A stretch of DNA of 64,000 nt from Desulfobacteraceae bacterium (GCA_011390415.1 JAABSL010000111.1:4925-68924), one strand, 5' to 3'. Counted from the stretch's first letter, positions 18,722 through 29,649 are shown. Numbers and translations are program-made. The notes: generated from the sequence alone by a model not told the origin.

Positions 18722-20847
18722 TACCGGTTTTCCAGGGCATTGAGTACCTGGTTCGCGGATTCGGTAATCACCGAACCCGGGCCAAAAACTTTGGATACGC
18801 CGGCATCATAGAGAAAATCATAATCCGACGGCGGAATGATACCGCCAACCACCACGAGAACGCCTTCCGCGCCTTCTTTGTTCAGGGCCGAGATTAATTC
18901 CGGGACCAGGATTTTATGGCCGGCAGCCAGGCTGGAGACGCCCACCACGTGAACATCATTTTCCACCGCCATGCGCGCGGCTTCGGCCGGTGTCTGAAAC
19001 ATGGGGCTGATATCCACATCAAACCCGAAATCCGCAAATGCCGTGGCCACGACTTTGCTTCCCCGGTCATGACCGTCCTGGCCCATTTTGGTGACCAGGA
19101 TTCTCGGGCGGCGGCCCTCTTTTTCGGCAAACGCTTCGGTCCGCTTGCGCAGGGAGGAAAAAATCTCGCTGTCCTGATATTCCGATGCATAAATACCGGA
19201 GATGCATTGAGTAGTGGCAACATAACGGCCAAAGACCTTTTCCATGGCATCGGAAATTTCACCCACTGTGGCCCGTTTTCGAACGGCATCAATGCTGACT
19301 TCAAGTAAATTGCCGTCGGATTCCGCACATTTGGTGACAGCGGCCAGGGCTTTTTCCACTGCCGCATTATCCCGTTTCTCTTTAATTTCTTTAAGCCGGG
19401 CCACCTGCTGTTCGCGAACCTCGGATGATATCTCACGAACCGCCATGGGCGCCTCATCTTCGACCTGATATTTATTGACGCCGACAATGACATCTTTTCC
19501 CTGATCAATCCGGGCCTGGCGTCGGGCGGAAGATTCTTCGATTCGCATTTTCGGCATTCCGGAAACAATCGCCTTGGCCATTCCCCCGAGTTCATCCACT
19601 TCATTGATGATGGCGCGGGCCTTTTCTATGATCGACCGGGTCAGGGATTCCACATAATAGGAGCCGCCCAACGGATCCACCACGCGGGTGACCTGTGATT
19701 CTTCCTGAACGATGATCTGGGTATTCCGGGCCACCCGGGCGGACAGGTCGGTGGGCAGACTGACCGCTTCGTCAAAAGAATTGGTATGCAGCGACTGGGT
19801 GCCGCCTAAAACAGCCGCCAGGCATTCTAAGGTGGTGCGGATAATATTGTTGTAAGGATCCTGCTGGGTCAGGCTCCAGCCGGAAGTCTGGCAATGGGTT
19901 CTCAGCATCAGGGACTTGGGATTCTTGGGGTTGAACTGTTTCATCAGGTCCGCCCACAGAAACCGGGCCGCCCGGAGCATGGCAATCTCCATAAAGAAGT
20001 TCATGCCGATACCGAAGAAAAACGACAGACGCGGCGCAAAGTCATCAATATCAAGACCGGCGCTTAACGCGGCCTTAACATATTCAATGCCGTCGGCAAT
20101 GGTAAAGGCGGTCTGGAGCACGGAATCTGCCCCGGCTTCCATCATATGATATCCGCTGATGCTGACCGTATTGTATTTGGGCATGTTTTTGGAACAATAT
20201 CCGATAATGTCCGAGACAATCCGCATGGAGGGTTCCGGCGGATAGATATAGGTATTGCGGGTCAGGTATTCCTTTAAAATATCGTTTTGAATGGTTCCCA
20301 TGAGCTTTTCCTGGGATACGCCCTGCTCTTCGGCCGCCACAATATACCCGGCCAGCACCGGCAGCACCGCGCCGTTCATTGTCATGGAAACAGACATTTT
20401 ATCCAAGGGGATGCCGTCAAACAATATTTTCATATCTTCCACCGAATCCACCGGAACGCCGGCTTTTCCCACATCGCCGATGACCCGGGGATGGTCGGAA
20501 TCATAGCCGCGATGGGTGGGCAGATCAAAGGCCACGGATAATCCTTTCTGACCGGCAGCCAGATTTTTTCGGTAGAACTGATTGGATTCCCGGGCGGTTG
20601 AAAAACCGGCATACTGCCGGACGGTCCAGGGCCGGTTGGTATACATGGTGGCCCGAACCCCGCGCACAAAGGGATCAAAGCCGGGAAGCACATTCACAAA
20701 TTCGAGATCTTCAAGATCCTGCTGCGTATACAGCGGCTTTATGTCGATATCTTCAGGTGTGGGCCGGGTCAGCGCCGCCACCGGGGTTCCCCTTAATTCT
20801 TTTTCCGCCAGTTTTTGCCATTTTAATATATCGGGATTTTCTGTCAT
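18721..20847 (-). CDS. scpA: Methylmalonyl-CoA mutase, single-chain form with C-terminal B12-binding domain
   Basis: 708 aa with a TIM-barrel substrate domain ([21 protein letters not shown]). The C-terminal cobalamin domain carries DxHxxG (GQDGHDRG) and GG..P. Confidence 0.95.
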   Translation of the reverse strand: MTENPDILKWQKLAEKELRGTPVAALTRPTPEDIDIKPLYTQQDLEDLEFVNVLPGFDPFVRGVRATMYTNRPWTVRQYAGFSTARESNQFYRKNLAAGQKGLSVAFDLPTHRGYDSDHPRVIGDVGKAGVPVDSVEDMKILFDGIPLDKMSVSMTMNGAVLPVLAGYIVAAEEQGVSQEKLMGTIQNDILKEYLTRNTYIYPPEPSMRIVSDIIGYCSKNMPKYNTVSISGYHMMEAGADSVLQTAFTIADGIEYVKAALSAGLDIDDFAPRLSFFFGIGMNFFMEIAMLRAARFLWADLMKQFNPKNPKSLMLRTHCQTSGWSLTQQDPYNNIIRTTLECLAAVLGGTQSLHTNSFDEAVSLPTDLSARVARNTQIIVQEESQVTRVVDPLGGSYYVESLTRSIIEKARAIINEVDELGGMAKAIVSGMPKMRIEESSARRQARIDQGKDVIVGVNKYQVEDEAPMAVREISSEVREQQVARLKEIKEKRDNAAVEKALAAVTKCAESDGNLLEVSIDAVRKRATVGEISDAMEKVFGRYVATTQCISGIYASEYQDSEIFSSLRKRTEAFAEKEGRRPRILVTKMGQDGHDRGSKVVATAFADFGFDVDISPMFQTPAEAARMAVENDVHVVGVSSLAAGHKILVPELISALNKEGAEGVLVVVGGIIPPSDYDFLYDAGVSKVFGPGSVITESANQVLNALENR

Positions 20848-20889
20848 TTGCCTGCTCCTTATTGGGTGCGAAATCGTCTTGTTTATTGT

Positions 20890-21291
20890 TTACCGTTCAC
20901 ACAATTCAACCAAGACGCCGCTGGTGGCTTTGGGGTGCAGAAACGCGATTTTGGCCCCGCCGGCACCTTTACGCGGCGTTTCATCAATCAGCCGGACCCC
21001 TTTTTCCTTTAGTTCCGCAAGGGCTGCTTCAATGTTGTCAACGCGGAATGCGACATGCTGAATGCCTTCTCCCTTTTTTTCAATAAACCTGGCAATCGGT
21101 CCGTCCGGGGCCGTGGATTCAAGCAGTTCCACTTCACTTTCGCCCACCGGGAAAAAAGCGGTTTTGACTTTCTGGGCGGCAACGGTTTCATCCCCTTCAA
21201 AATCCAGCCCCAGGATGTCCGACCAGAAATTTTTCCCGTTTTCTATGCTGTTCACCGCGATACCGATATGATCGACTTTGAGTATTTTCAT
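20890..21291 (-). CDS. mce: Methylmalonyl-CoA epimerase (VOC/glyoxalase fold)
   Basis: 133 aa. [18 protein letters not shown] and FLHPK..GVLVEL match the epimerase family. Genomic context supports the call. Confidence 0.9.
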   Translation of the reverse strand: MKILKVDHIGIAVNSIENGKNFWSDILGLDFEGDETVAAQKVKTAFFPVGESEVELLESTAPDGPIARFIEKKGEGIQHVAFRVDNIEAALAELKEKGVRLIDETPRKGAGGAKIAFLHPKATSGVLVELCER

Positions 21292-21357
21292 CGCAAACTC
21301 CTTTATCTGATATATTTCCTAATGATATTTTAAATTTATTGCAGGTGTAAATCAATT

Positions 21358-21990
21358 TTAGTGTTTCTTTGTAATGCCGTCAAAAAGAATTTCACACAAA
21401 TTATCCGCCATTAAATCATTTTTAATGGTGTGTCCGAATATGATTGCCGGAAGACAGTAATGCTCAATGGCGCCTAAGATAACCTGCCGGATATTGGTTG
21501 GGTCAATGTCTTGTCGAAAGACGCCGGTCTCTATTCCCTCGTTGATAATATCAAGCAGCAATGCGGCGTATTGCTTTACAATCTGATAGGTTTCACTTTC
21601 AAAATATCCCGGAAAATTCCGGACTTCAAGCAGCTGAATTTTTGAAAATACCCGGTCGTCATTGTAATAATGGATGGAAGCCCACACAAATTTACGGATT
21701 TTGTTAATGGCTCCCTTAATCCCCTTTAAATCCAATTTGAGATTTGACACAAATTCGTTGAGATAATCGGTTAATACGGCATGAAGCAGGCCTCTTTTAT
21801 CTGTAAAATGCCTGTAGATCAGTGCTTCATTCACACCGGCAACACGGGATATTTCAGCAGTGGTAATCGAATTAAAATCTTTGTCCTGAAGAAGCTCTTT
21901 TAATGCTTTGGCGATCTTGGTGCGGCTGGGGGCCACAGACAACCGGGCGGGTTTGATGGGCTGTAATCGTTTTTTTAATTTTTTTTCCAT
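21358..21990 (-). CDS. TetR/AcrR family transcriptional regulator
   Basis: N-terminal HTH FNSITTAEISRVAGVNEALIYRHFTDKRGLL. First gene of the co-directional methylmalonyl-CoA pathway block. Confidence 0.85.
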   Translation of the reverse strand: MEKKLKKRLQPIKPARLSVAPSRTKIAKALKELLQDKDFNSITTAEISRVAGVNEALIYRHFTDKRGLLHAVLTDYLNEFVSNLKLDLKGIKGAINKIRKFVWASIHYYNDDRVFSKIQLLEVRNFPGYFESETYQIVKQYAALLLDIINEGIETGVFRQDIDPTNIRQVILGAIEHYCLPAIIFGHTIKNDLMADNLCEILFDGITKKH

Positions 21991-22024
21991 TGCTTTATAT
22001 CTATTTTTTAAAATCCGTTTTATG

Positions 22025-22041
22025 TAAGTATGTATTACTTA
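22025..22041. promoter_or_regulatory. Candidate TetR operator: inverted repeat TAAGTA-N5-TACTTA
   Basis: Perfect 6-bp arms 35-51 nt upstream of the TetR start codon. A related dyad GTAAG-N5-CTTAC lies at 22131-22145. Confidence 0.3.
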
Positions 22042-22222
22042 TATCAACAGACATGTCAATATATTTTTTGAGCATGATATAAAACCTTAATATATTATAA
22101 TATTTAGACTATATGAATTATTTTTAGACTGTAAGTTATGCTTACTTAAAGACAGGTTGCATTTCCATAAAAGCAGTATCACGGATTTTTTTGCTTTCAC
22201 CAGCCGGGGTTCTGGAAGATTA

Positions 22223-24547
22223 TTATTTAATGCAGACTTTGCGCACTTCAATCAGATCGGCATGGCCGTCAAAAATTTTTTCAATGCCGTCCTGCTTCAG
22301 CGTGGTCATTCCTTCGCTGATGGCCTGCTCCCGGATTTCAGCCATGGTAGCGCGGCTTTGAATCATTTCCTTAATGCGATCCGTTCCCATTAAAAGTTCA
22401 TGAATGCCCATCCGGCCGCGGTAACCGGTGTTGTTGCACATATCACACCCGGCCGGTTTATATAAGGTCAGATCATTTGTATAAGGAATATTCAGATTTG
22501 TTTTGAACAATTCCGGATCATATTCACGCACCAGCTCATCATATTCGGACTTTGCGGGATTATACGATTTTTTGCAATCCTTGCAAAGTGTCCGCACCAG
22601 CCGCTGGGCCATGATGGCCAGCAGCGCATCGGCAAAATTAAACGGATCCATTCCCATGTCCAGCAGTCGGGTGATACTTTCCGGCGCGCTGTTGGTATGC
22701 AGTGTGGAAAAAACCAGATGCCCGGTTAATGAGGCTTCAATGCCCATCTGGGTGGTTTCATGATCCCGCATCTCACCGACCATGATCACATCCGGATCCG
22801 CACGCAAAAACGCCCGCATGGCGGTGGCAAAGTCAAAACCAATCTTGGGTTTGACCTGAACCTGCCGCAACCCTTTTTGGGTGATTTCCACCGGATCTTC
22901 GGCTGTCCAGATTTTGGTTTCGACCTTGTTGATAAAAGACAATGCGGAATGCAGGGTTGTGGTTTTACCGGAACCCGTTGGCCCGCAGACAAATATCAGC
23001 CCGTACGGCTTGGTGATGGCGCTGATAAAATTATCATAATTACGCTCTGAAAAACCCATTTTGCTTAACGGGAGGGGTTCTCCGGCCGCAAGAATTCTCA
23101 TGACCACATCTTCACTGCCTCCCTGGGTGGGAACGGTTGCCACACGGAGTTCAATGTCTTTGCCGCCGTATTTTTTAAAAGCGATTTTACCATCCTGGGG
23201 TTTCCGCTTCTCGGCAATATCCAGATCCGACATGATTTTGATACGGGAGACCACCGCATTTTTAAAACTGTACGGAATGGTCTGATACAGATTGCAGGCA
23301 CCATCTACCCGGATTCTGACCTGGGTGTTCTGCTTGCCGGGATATGGCTCCAGATGGATATCAGAAGCCCCCCGGGCATAGGCATCCAAGATAATCTTAT
23401 TCACCAGCTGCACCACCGCACTGCTTTCTTCTGATACACTGGATGTTTCTTCTTCGATTTCATCATCTTCCGTCTGAAGCTGGGATAATATGTCATCAAT
23501 GGATGACATTTGTTTTTCATCGGTGGTAAACAGATTGATAATTTTGAGGATATCTTCTTTAAGGGCAAAGGCCAGCTTGATTTTGCGTTTTGGAAACAGC
23601 GCCCGGATTTCGTCCACCCGCTGCATGTCTTCCGGATTATCAATAGCGATAATCACTTCATCTTTTTCCGAACGAATCGGCACCCATGCATTGTTTCTCA
23701 TAAAGCCGACTTTCAGCCCCCGAAGCAATTCACCGGGGATCGGCAGGGTATCACTGTACTTGATTAACGGCAGATCGTAATAGCGGCTGAGGGCTTCGGC
23801 GATATCTTTTGGGGCAATTTTTAACTCATCAATCAAAATCTTGACTATGGGGATTTTCTTTTCCCGGGAACTCGCAATTGCCTGATTCAGTTCTTTTTGT
23901 GTTAAAATATGATTTTGAAGCAGATAATCGAATTTACTCTTCCGACCGGTGGCCATTTTTTTCTGTTTATACAGCGCAATCCCCATGATATCGGACAATT
24001 CGGCAACATTGACTTCATCTTCATTATCAAAAGGACCGCCGCCCTTTCGATTGATCAGCTGAATAGCCCCCAGTACAAAGGATTTGAAAATAATCGGGAC
24101 AACAAGCACCTGCTTTGTATAAAAACCGGTTTTTTTATCAAAACTTTTATTAAATTTCAGCTCCTCGTCAATATTTGCCAATTCGGATTCATCATATACA
24201 TTTTTGATATTTACCAGCTTTTGATGGGCCGCAGCATAACCGGCAATGCTGGAATTTGAAATAGGCACCCGGATTTCGGAAATTTCATTACCGGATTTAA
24301 ACCGGGAAACCAGTTCCCTTTTTACGCCATCCACATAATAGATGGTAATCCGTTCCGCATTGACCAGTTCGAGAATATCATCTTTTAAGTCAATCAGAAT
24401 TACATCCAGATTCGATGCCGCATATATGGAATTGGATATTTCCTGGAGTTTTGTCCGGTATGCGACTTCAGATTTTAAATGCGCAATATCCTTAACACCA
24501 CTGGCATTTTTGGATTTGGAAATTTTAATGCTGGTACTTGAGGGCAT
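22223..24547 (-). CDS. GspE/PulE-family secretion ATPase with N-terminal GAF domain and T2SSE-N domain
   Basis: C-terminal ATPase with Walker A GPTGSGKTT, the Asp box and EMRD..T. A C-terminal tetracysteine CKDC...CDMCN. A middle region typical of the GspE N-domain (YYDLPLIKY). The first ~200 aa look GAF-like. Confidence 0.85.
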   Translation of the reverse strand: MPSSTSIKISKSKNASGVKDIAHLKSEVAYRTKLQEISNSIYAASNLDVILIDLKDDILELVNAERITIYYVDGVKRELVSRFKSGNEISEIRVPISNSSIAGYAAAHQKLVNIKNVYDESELANIDEELKFNKSFDKKTGFYTKQVLVVPIIFKSFVLGAIQLINRKGGGPFDNEDEVNVAELSDIMGIALYKQKKMATGRKSKFDYLLQNHILTQKELNQAIASSREKKIPIVKILIDELKIAPKDIAEALSRYYDLPLIKYSDTLPIPGELLRGLKVGFMRNNAWVPIRSEKDEVIIAIDNPEDMQRVDEIRALFPKRKIKLAFALKEDILKIINLFTTDEKQMSSIDDILSQLQTEDDEIEEETSSVSEESSAVVQLVNKIILDAYARGASDIHLEPYPGKQNTQVRIRVDGACNLYQTIPYSFKNAVVSRIKIMSDLDIAEKRKPQDGKIAFKKYGGKDIELRVATVPTQGGSEDVVMRILAAGEPLPLSKMGFSERNYDNFISAITKPYGLIFVCGPTGSGKTTTLHSALSFINKVETKIWTAEDPVEITQKGLRQVQVKPKIGFDFATAMRAFLRADPDVIMVGEMRDHETTQMGIEASLTGHLVFSTLHTNSAPESITRLLDMGMDPFNFADALLAIMAQRLVRTLCKDCKKSYNPAKSEYDELVREYDPELFKTNLNIPYTNDLTLYKPAGCDMCNNTGYRGRMGIHELLMGTDRIKEMIQSRATMAEIREQAISEGMTTLKQDGIEKIFDGHADLIEVRKVCIK

Positions 24548-24584
24548 ATTCGTATTATCCTCCGATAATCATTTTGCTATTTTG

Positions 24585-24806
24585 TTACTTATTCAGCGGC
24601 CAGAATTTGTGTATTTTTTTAACACCGCCGCCGATGAGAATGACGGCGATCAGATAAAAACTGAAACGGAAAAAATATAAACCCGTATCTAAATCATAAG
24701 CAGCCGCCATTTGTTCAATGACTGTATTTACCCGGAAAAAGACACCGATCCCCATTAAAATCAGTGCCGTGCCCCAGATCAATTGTATTTTATGTTTAAT
24801 ATCCAT
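24585..24806 (-). CDS. Hypothetical small membrane protein (2 TM)
   Basis: 73-aa ORF 37 nt upstream of the GAF-GspE gene on the same strand, with two clear hydrophobic helices. Confidence 0.4.
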   Translation of the reverse strand: MDIKHKIQLIWGTALILMGIGVFFRVNTVIEQMAAAYDLDTGLYFFRFSFYLIAVILIGGGVKKIHKFWPLNK

Positions 24807-25005
24807 TTTGAATTCTAATGTTAACCTGTATTAAGAAAGTGAAAGGTGTTTTTTGCACAAACAAAAAAAGTGAAATATTTTTTCCGTTTAATTTATAGCT
24901 TTAATAAATATTGGTGTCAACTTGCATTCTTGGCGGGAAATACGGGAATAATGGTTGATAAATTAAATCGCCAACCGGATGTCAATTTCACCCGAAAAAT
25001 CGGTT

Positions 25006-26871
25006 TCAGGCATCGGTTTCATCCAGTTCCGCCAGTTGCTGTTCATATATCGACCGCTTGGCTTCAGCAGATTCGGACAGCTTTTCGAATTCTTCAAAAT
25101 CTCCGTCAATCTCAGACTGACATTGATGAATCTGCTGCGACAAATCGGCGATTAATCCGCCGTCCGTATTTTCAGCGGCGGCCTGCATTTTTTTATGAAG
25201 TTCCTGCAAATGATTTTCATTGGCATCAATGGTTCTTTCCAGCTGTTTGATTTTGGATTCCAGCGGCTTTAAAATTTTACCGCGTTCAGCAATAATAGCT
25301 GATCGCAGCTGGCGGATTTCTTTTTTATTTAATTTTTCTGGTTTCCTGACATCTGCCGCGCCTTTGTCGGAAAAATCATTTTCAACTTCATCATCCCACC
25401 CATCCGCATCCAGAAACTGCTGGTAGTCCCCTTCAAAAATTGAAACTCCGTCATTTTTAAAAACAATCAGGCGTTCGGCAATGGCATGAAGAAACATCTC
25501 ATTATGGGTTACCATCACCACAGCGCCGTCAAATTCATCGATTGCCGCCAGCAGAGCATCGCAGGATTCCATATCAAAATGATTGGAGGGTTCATCCAAC
25601 AGCAGGAGATTGATGGACTTGCATAGGACCTTTCCCAGCATGACCCGACTTTTTTCACCACCGGACAGGACACCGATTTTTTTTAATGCCAGGTCTCCTT
25701 CAAACAGCATGGCACCGGCGATATTCCGGGCGCCCTGCCGATCGATCTCCGGACTGGTGTACAATATTTCCTCTTCGATGGTTTTCTCATCATCTAATGT
25801 TTTCACATTCGTCTGTTCGAAATATCCGGTGGTCACTTCCGGATGATATTCAATCCGGCCGGCATCGGGTTGCAATACGCCGCCAAGAAGTTTTAACAAC
25901 GTTGTTTTTCCCGCCCCGTTCCTGCCGATGACACATATCCGGTCTTTGGGGCCAATGGTCAGATTCACGTCAGACAATAATTGACGGGAAGAACTGTATC
26001 CGAAGGTTAATTTGTTGATGCGGGAAAGGATTTTACCGTTAAAAGGTTTGCTCCGAAATGAGAAATCAAGGCTTTTAAATTTTTCCAGTTTCTCCTGACG
26101 TGTTAATTTACCGAGCGTTTTCACCCGGGATTGAACAAGCCCCGCCAGTCTGGCTTTTGCCCGGAACCGGGTAACAAACTCTTCGATTTCCTTGCGGCGC
26201 TTATCATCGTTCATTCGTGTTTTTTCATATATCTCTTCTTCCTGGGCAATCTGCATATAATATTTTTCAGTGTTACCGGCGATTTTACGAATTTTTTTCC
26301 GGTGAATACCCAGGACATGGGTGACCAGAGAATCCATAAACCCGCGATCATGCGTAATAATAAATACTTCCCGGGGCCATTGGGATAAAAAGCGTTTGAT
26401 CCAGCGGATGGAGGTGATGTCCAGATAATTGGTGGGTTCATCCAGGAGCAGCAAATCCGGTTCGGAAAGCAGTTCTTTGGTTAAATTCAGCCGCACCTGA
26501 AACCCGCCGGACAGATCCTTTGGCGGTCGTTTCAAGTCATCTTGTGAAAATCCGAGACCGGCAAGAATTTTTTCAACTTTCCAGTGATGCGCTGCGCCGT
26601 CTTCCGGCAGTCCGAGAATCCCTTCATCAAAAACCGTTTCTGACGTAAAATCGATGTTTTGTTTTACATAACCGATGCGGTAGTTTTTAGGGATGGCGAT
26701 GTGTCCGGCATCCGGCTCTTCCTGCCCGGAAAGAATCCGGAACAGGGTTGTTTTTCCATGTCCGTTTCGACCGACCAGGCCCACCCGTTCGCGACGGTTG
26801 ATTTTAAAGCTGACGTTCTGGAATAATACGCTGGCGCCGAAACTCTTGGAAAGATTATCAACACTGATCAT
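25006..26871 (-). CDS. ABC-F family ATPase (Uup/YheS-like, no membrane domain)
   Basis: Two ABC cassettes (GRNGHGKTT/LSGGFQVR and GRNGAGKTT/LSGGEKSR) with an inter-domain linker and a C-terminal coiled-coil tail. Confidence 0.9.
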   Translation of the reverse strand: MISVDNLSKSFGASVLFQNVSFKINRRERVGLVGRNGHGKTTLFRILSGQEEPDAGHIAIPKNYRIGYVKQNIDFTSETVFDEGILGLPEDGAAHHWKVEKILAGLGFSQDDLKRPPKDLSGGFQVRLNLTKELLSEPDLLLLDEPTNYLDITSIRWIKRFLSQWPREVFIITHDRGFMDSLVTHVLGIHRKKIRKIAGNTEKYYMQIAQEEEIYEKTRMNDDKRRKEIEEFVTRFRAKARLAGLVQSRVKTLGKLTRQEKLEKFKSLDFSFRSKPFNGKILSRINKLTFGYSSSRQLLSDVNLTIGPKDRICVIGRNGAGKTTLLKLLGGVLQPDAGRIEYHPEVTTGYFEQTNVKTLDDEKTIEEEILYTSPEIDRQGARNIAGAMLFEGDLALKKIGVLSGGEKSRVMLGKVLCKSINLLLLDEPSNHFDMESCDALLAAIDEFDGAVVMVTHNEMFLHAIAERLIVFKNDGVSIFEGDYQQFLDADGWDDEVENDFSDKGAADVRKPEKLNKKEIRQLRSAIIAERGKILKPLESKIKQLERTIDANENHLQELHKKMQAAAENTDGGLIADLSQQIHQCQSEIDGDFEEFEKLSESAEAKRSIYEQQLAELDETDA

Positions 26872-26937
26872 AACAAGGGCAATTCAGGAATAGTCATAGA
26901 AAAATTAGAGGGCATGGTCATTCTGCAGGGACAATCA

Positions 26938-28335
26938 TCAGGATTTATCCACGCCGAGTTTGCTGCATCGATACCGCAGCGACCGCAGACTGATACCCAG
27001 CAGGTCCGAAGCTTTATTTTTATTGTCCCGGGCGCATTTCATGGCTTTTTCAATATAGGCGCGTTCGATTTCTTCCAGGATCGTATCTAAAGAAACGCCG
27101 TTTGACACATCATCAATGTCATAGCGCCGGTTTTCAACCCCTTCTATCCATCGCCGTTTATGAATAGACAGGGACAGACTGTCCGGAAGAATAATATTGG
27201 TGCTGGACAACGCCACACTTCGCTCGATGAGGTTTTCAAGTTCCCGGATGTTGCCGGGAAAATTATACTTTTGCAGCAGATCCACGGCATAAGACGATAT
27301 TTTGGTAATTTCCTTACCGGATTCCCGGGAGAATTTATCCAGAAAATGCTGTGCCAGCGACCGGATATCGCCTTTACGTTCCCGCAGAGGCGGCACCTTT
27401 ATTTCCACCACATTGATTCTGTAAAAAAGGTCTTCCCGGAAATTGCCGGCAATCACTTCTTCTTCGAGTTTTTTATTGGTCGCGGAAACAATCCGAATAT
27501 CAACGGCAATGTCTTCGTTGGTCCCCACCGGTTTGAAAGACCGCTCCTGAACCACCCGGAGCAGCTTGACCTGCATGGGGGGACTGAGTTCGCCGATCTC
27601 ATCTAAAAAAACCGTCCCCCTGTTGGCCGCCTCGAAAAGCCCTTTTTTATCCTGGGACGCACCGGTAAATGCACCTTTCTTATAGCCGAAAATTTCACTT
27701 TCGATCAGGGTTTCAGGAATGCTGCCGCAATTAATCACCACAAACGGCTTGTCAAAGCGGTCACTTTTAAGATGGATCGAGCGGGCAATTAATTCTTTTC
27801 CGGTGCCGCTTTCCCCGGTGATCAGCACATTTGTTTTGGTGGGGGCGATTTGCTGTATTAACTCATAAATATGCTGCATACGGGGGCTGTTGCCCACCAG
27901 GAGGCCGAAATGCAGATTTTTTTTCAGTTCATCGTCAATGCTTTTCTTTTCATCGGACAATGTCCGCAAATCAAGGGCTTTCACAATTGTCTGCTTGAGT
28001 TCTTTATTGTCAAAGGGCTTGGGAAGATAATCATAAGCCCCTTCGTTCATGGCTTCCACTGCATTTTCAGCCGTTGCATATGCGGAAATCATGATAACAA
28101 TCGTAGTGGGGTTGGCAGCCTTGGCTTTTCGCAATACGTCCAGACCGCTGATATCGCCCAGCCGGATATCGCAAAGGATCAGATCATATGCGTTTTTTTC
28201 AATCTGAGCGGCAGCCGTACGGCCGTTTTGCGCACACGTGATCTGATACCCTTCTTTGGAAAGCATCAGCTCCAAAAACTCCCGCATGCTTATTTCATCG
28301 TCAACAACCAGTATGTGCGGCGCTTTTTGAGTCAT
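26938..28335 (-). CDS. Sigma-54-dependent response regulator (NtrC family)
   Basis: Receiver domain (ILVVDDE...LILCDIRL), AAA+ domain with GESGTGKE and GAFTGA, and a C-terminal Fis-type HTH. ATG 28335 is preferred over the ORF-track TTG 28347. Confidence 0.9.
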   Translation of the reverse strand: MTQKAPHILVVDDEISMREFLELMLSKEGYQITCAQNGRTAAAQIEKNAYDLILCDIRLGDISGLDVLRKAKAANPTTIVIMISAYATAENAVEAMNEGAYDYLPKPFDNKELKQTIVKALDLRTLSDEKKSIDDELKKNLHFGLLVGNSPRMQHIYELIQQIAPTKTNVLITGESGTGKELIARSIHLKSDRFDKPFVVINCGSIPETLIESEIFGYKKGAFTGASQDKKGLFEAANRGTVFLDEIGELSPPMQVKLLRVVQERSFKPVGTNEDIAVDIRIVSATNKKLEEEVIAGNFREDLFYRINVVEIKVPPLRERKGDIRSLAQHFLDKFSRESGKEITKISSYAVDLLQKYNFPGNIRELENLIERSVALSSTNIILPDSLSLSIHKRRWIEGVENRRYDIDDVSNGVSLDTILEEIERAYIEKAMKCARDNKNKASDLLGISLRSLRYRCSKLGVDKS

Positions 28336-28365
28336 TATCCAATTCAAACAACATAAACTATTAAA

Positions 28366-29649
28366 TTATTTACTTTCAAAAACAACCCGGCCGTCTACAA
28401 TCGTATAAACCGCCCGTCCTTTAAACTCCCATCCGTTAAACGGAGAATTCCTGCTTTTGGAAAAGCCCTTTTCAACATCATAGGTAAAGGCCTTTTCCGG
28501 ATCAATGATTGTCAGATGGGCGGGTTCTCCCACCGCAATACCCCGGGGAACGCCGATGATGCGGGACGGATTTTTCGCCATCTTGCCAATCAGCGATTCA
28601 AGGGTTATCACTTTTTCTTCTACCAGCTTCAGTCCGAGGGAAAGAGCGGTTTCAAGACCGATAATGCCGTTTGCCGCCCGGTCAAACTCCACTTCTTTTT
28701 CCAGAATCGAATGGGGGGCATGATCCGTGGCAATCACATCAATGGTGCCGTCGGCAAGGCCCTTGTGAATGGCGGCCCGGTCTTCATTTGAACGCAGGGG
28801 AGGATTCATTTTTGCATGGGTGTCATATTCGCAGACCGCATCTTCGGTCAGCGTAAAATAATGCGGCGCGGTTTCCGCGGTTACCGCAATATTTCGGGAT
28901 TTGGCATCGCGCAGGGCATGCACTGATTCTTTGGTGCTGACATGGGCAATGTGCACCGGTGTGCCGGTCAGTTCGGACAATGCAATATCCCGCATCACCA
29001 TAATGCTTTCCGCTGCATTCGGAATTCCGGCCAGTCCCAGGCGGGTGGCCATAAGTCCTTCATTCATGGCCCCTTCGGAAAGGCTCGGATCTTCGCAGTG
29101 AGAAATTACACTTATTCCGACGCCATTTGCATATTCCAATGCTCTGCGCATTAGCTGGGAACTGATAACCGGCAGACCGTCATCTGAAACCCCAACGGCA
29201 CCGGCGTCTTTCAGCTCGCCATAATCGCTGAGTTCATCGCCTTTAGAGCCCCGGCTGACGGATGCCACGGGATATACTTTTACCGAACCGCATTTTTTCG
29301 CGGTTTCGATGATATATTCTGTGATCTGGCGATTGTCATTTACCGGACAGGTGTTGGGCATGCAGCATACAGCAGTAAACCCGCCGGCAGCGGCCGCCTG
29401 AATGCCGGTTTCAATGGACTCCTTGTATTCCTGGCCGGGATCACGCAGATGGACATGCATATCAATAAGGCCCGGAACGACATAGCACTCGCTGGCATCA
29501 ATAATCCGGACCGCTTTGGATTTTTTCTCAGATAAATCAGACGTCACGGGTTCAAGACTTGAAATAATACCGTCGTCAATGGTAATATCCGCCACCTGAT
29601 CGATATTTCCGGGATCCAGCACATGTCCGTTTTTAATGATCAGCCGCAT
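28366..29649 (-). CDS. pyrC: Dihydroorotase
   Basis: [10 protein letters not shown] and ATDHAPH. Start ATG 29649 lies 7 nt after GGAGGA and overlaps the pyrB end by 17 nt. The ORF-track extension to 29697 is rejected. Confidence 0.9.
   Translation of the reverse strand: MRLIIKNGHVLDPGNIDQVADITIDDGIISSLEPVTSDLSEKKSKAVRIIDASECYVVPGLIDMHVHLRDPGQEYKESIETGIQAAAAGGFTAVCCMPNTCPVNDNRQITEYIIETAKKCGSVKVYPVASVSRGSKGDELSDYGELKDAGAVGVSDDGLPVISSQLMRRALEYANGVGISVISHCEDPSLSEGAMNEGLMATRLGLAGIPNAAESIMVMRDIALSELTGTPVHIAHVSTKESVHALRDAKSRNIAVTAETAPHYFTLTEDAVCEYDTHAKMNPPLRSNEDRAAIHKGLADGTIDVIATDHAPHSILEKEVEFDRAANGIIGLETALSLGLKLVEEKVITLESLIGKMAKNPSRIIGVPRGIAVGEPAHLTIIDPEKAFTYDVEKGFSKSRNSPFNGWEFKGRAVYTIVDGRVVFESK

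Noticed and set aside
24912-24926. A sigma-54-like element TGGTGTCAACTTGCA on the plus strand.
   Set aside because: The spacing is one nucleotide too short, and there is no plus-strand gene downstream because the region is flanked by minus-strand genes.
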